Notes under the pieces: generated by a model
The model's database searches: none
The model's input: the letters and a program-made list of their open reading frames with translations, nothing else
What the model was told of the DNA's origin: nothing
Made by a program: the position numbers and the translations under genes
NCBI GenBank assembly: GCA_047967505.1
Contig: CM106538.1
Length of the DNA: 64,000 nt
Strand: one strand, 5' to 3'
From: Dipteris shenzhenensis
Taxonomy: Eukaryota
Shown here: positions 63,124 to 64,000 of the stretch, piece by piece
Numbering within the stretch: the first letter of the stretch is position 1
How the letters are laid out: the number at the start of each line of letters is the position of its first letter

Positions 63124-64000
63124 TTTTAGCCGGAAAAGTTATCGAGATCAGAGGCTAGAGACTAAGTATGGCTACGCTCAAAGGCCATAGAGAAAAGGAG
63201 ATCACGAGGGCGAAGGGATGTCATAGGGGTGAACAAGGAATTAGAAGTGGAGGGAAGGAAAAGGGAGACTATGACACAAGGGGAAAGGGAGAGGGGGAAG
63301 AGAAGCATGTACATGATAGGAAGAGGAATGTTGAGATGTAGACATCAAGGGAAATGATCCATACTTTATTGGAAAGAAGGGATGAGAGGGAAATATCAAA
63401 ATACTAGCTAGGTGGCTTTACAAGAATGAGCGTGTCCCATCAAGGAAAAGCCCCTTCCTTTTATAGCCAAAAGAGGGGGGTCTCCCACATTAATGTATCC
63501 TCCCACATGCATGGTGTGTGTGGAAAAGTCTCTCATGTGGGCTAGGTGGGTACGCACTCTCAATTGTGTGTGACAACCCTTTGCCTCAATTTTCCACATA
63601 AATCAAGCCCCATATCTCAAGTCTATGATACTCCCTTGGTCTCTTTCCAATTTTATAATATGTTCAAACCTCTAGGAGGACAAGTGGAGGGTTGGCACAA
63701 GGAATCTTGCCACCTCATCCTACTTTCCCCATTATTTAACTAGCTCTCTTGGTCCTTCTATACCTCCCCCACATGGGCCTATCTCATATGGAGGGAATAA
63801 CTCAATATAATAGCCATCTCCACCCATTTTATATTGCTTCTCCCATGGACTTTGAGCCATATCTCACTTAATGCATCCTAGGTGGAGGGGTGGCACATGG
63901 AGGAGCCATGCCACCTTGCATTTTATAATATTACTATCATGGATTATGTACAACACACCTTATGGGTCCTCTTACATGGAAGGGTGGCACATGGTCATGC
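63124..64000 (-). repeat. 5' LTR of gypsy #2 (truncated by window edge)
   Basis: Direct repeat of the sequence from 55124 onward. Confidence 0.95.

Larger units (their letters stand above)
55124..64000 (-). mobile_element. Ty3/gypsy LTR retrotransposon #2 (no chromodomain seen), young insertion, extends past window end
   Basis: Near-identical LTRs starting at 55124 and 63124, PPT next to 56116, PBS at 63102-63119, domain order gag-PR-RT-RH-INT. Confidence 0.96.

Overview
Land-plant nuclear DNA, mostly nested transposable elements, with two host genes: the last coding exon of an alkaline/neutral invertase (2987-3282, +) and an intact 5-exon GDSL esterase/lipase (38047-39714, +). Elements in order: a truncated Ty1/copia (minus); a LINE fragment; a Ty3/gypsy lacking RT and interrupted by a CACTA (17505-23990, TSD ATG); a rearranged CACTA pair hosting a full-length copia (27619-33161); a CACTA-superfamily element with CACAA termini (42180-48597, TSD AGG); and a young Ty3/gypsy (55124 to beyond 64000, minus). 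The last element is the most unusual. Between its PBS and gag lies a chain of small ORFs joined by TAATG/TGATG/ATGA stop-start overlaps, one of them a stand-alone archaeal-type RNase H. It also has an extended tRNA-His-like PBS and LTRs ending TG...AA. The two complete CACTA-like elements have a head-to-head transposase/partner-gene layout, the partner gene recurs in the rearranged remnant, and each family has its own motif arrays. All calls come from reading the sequence by eye; no searches were run.
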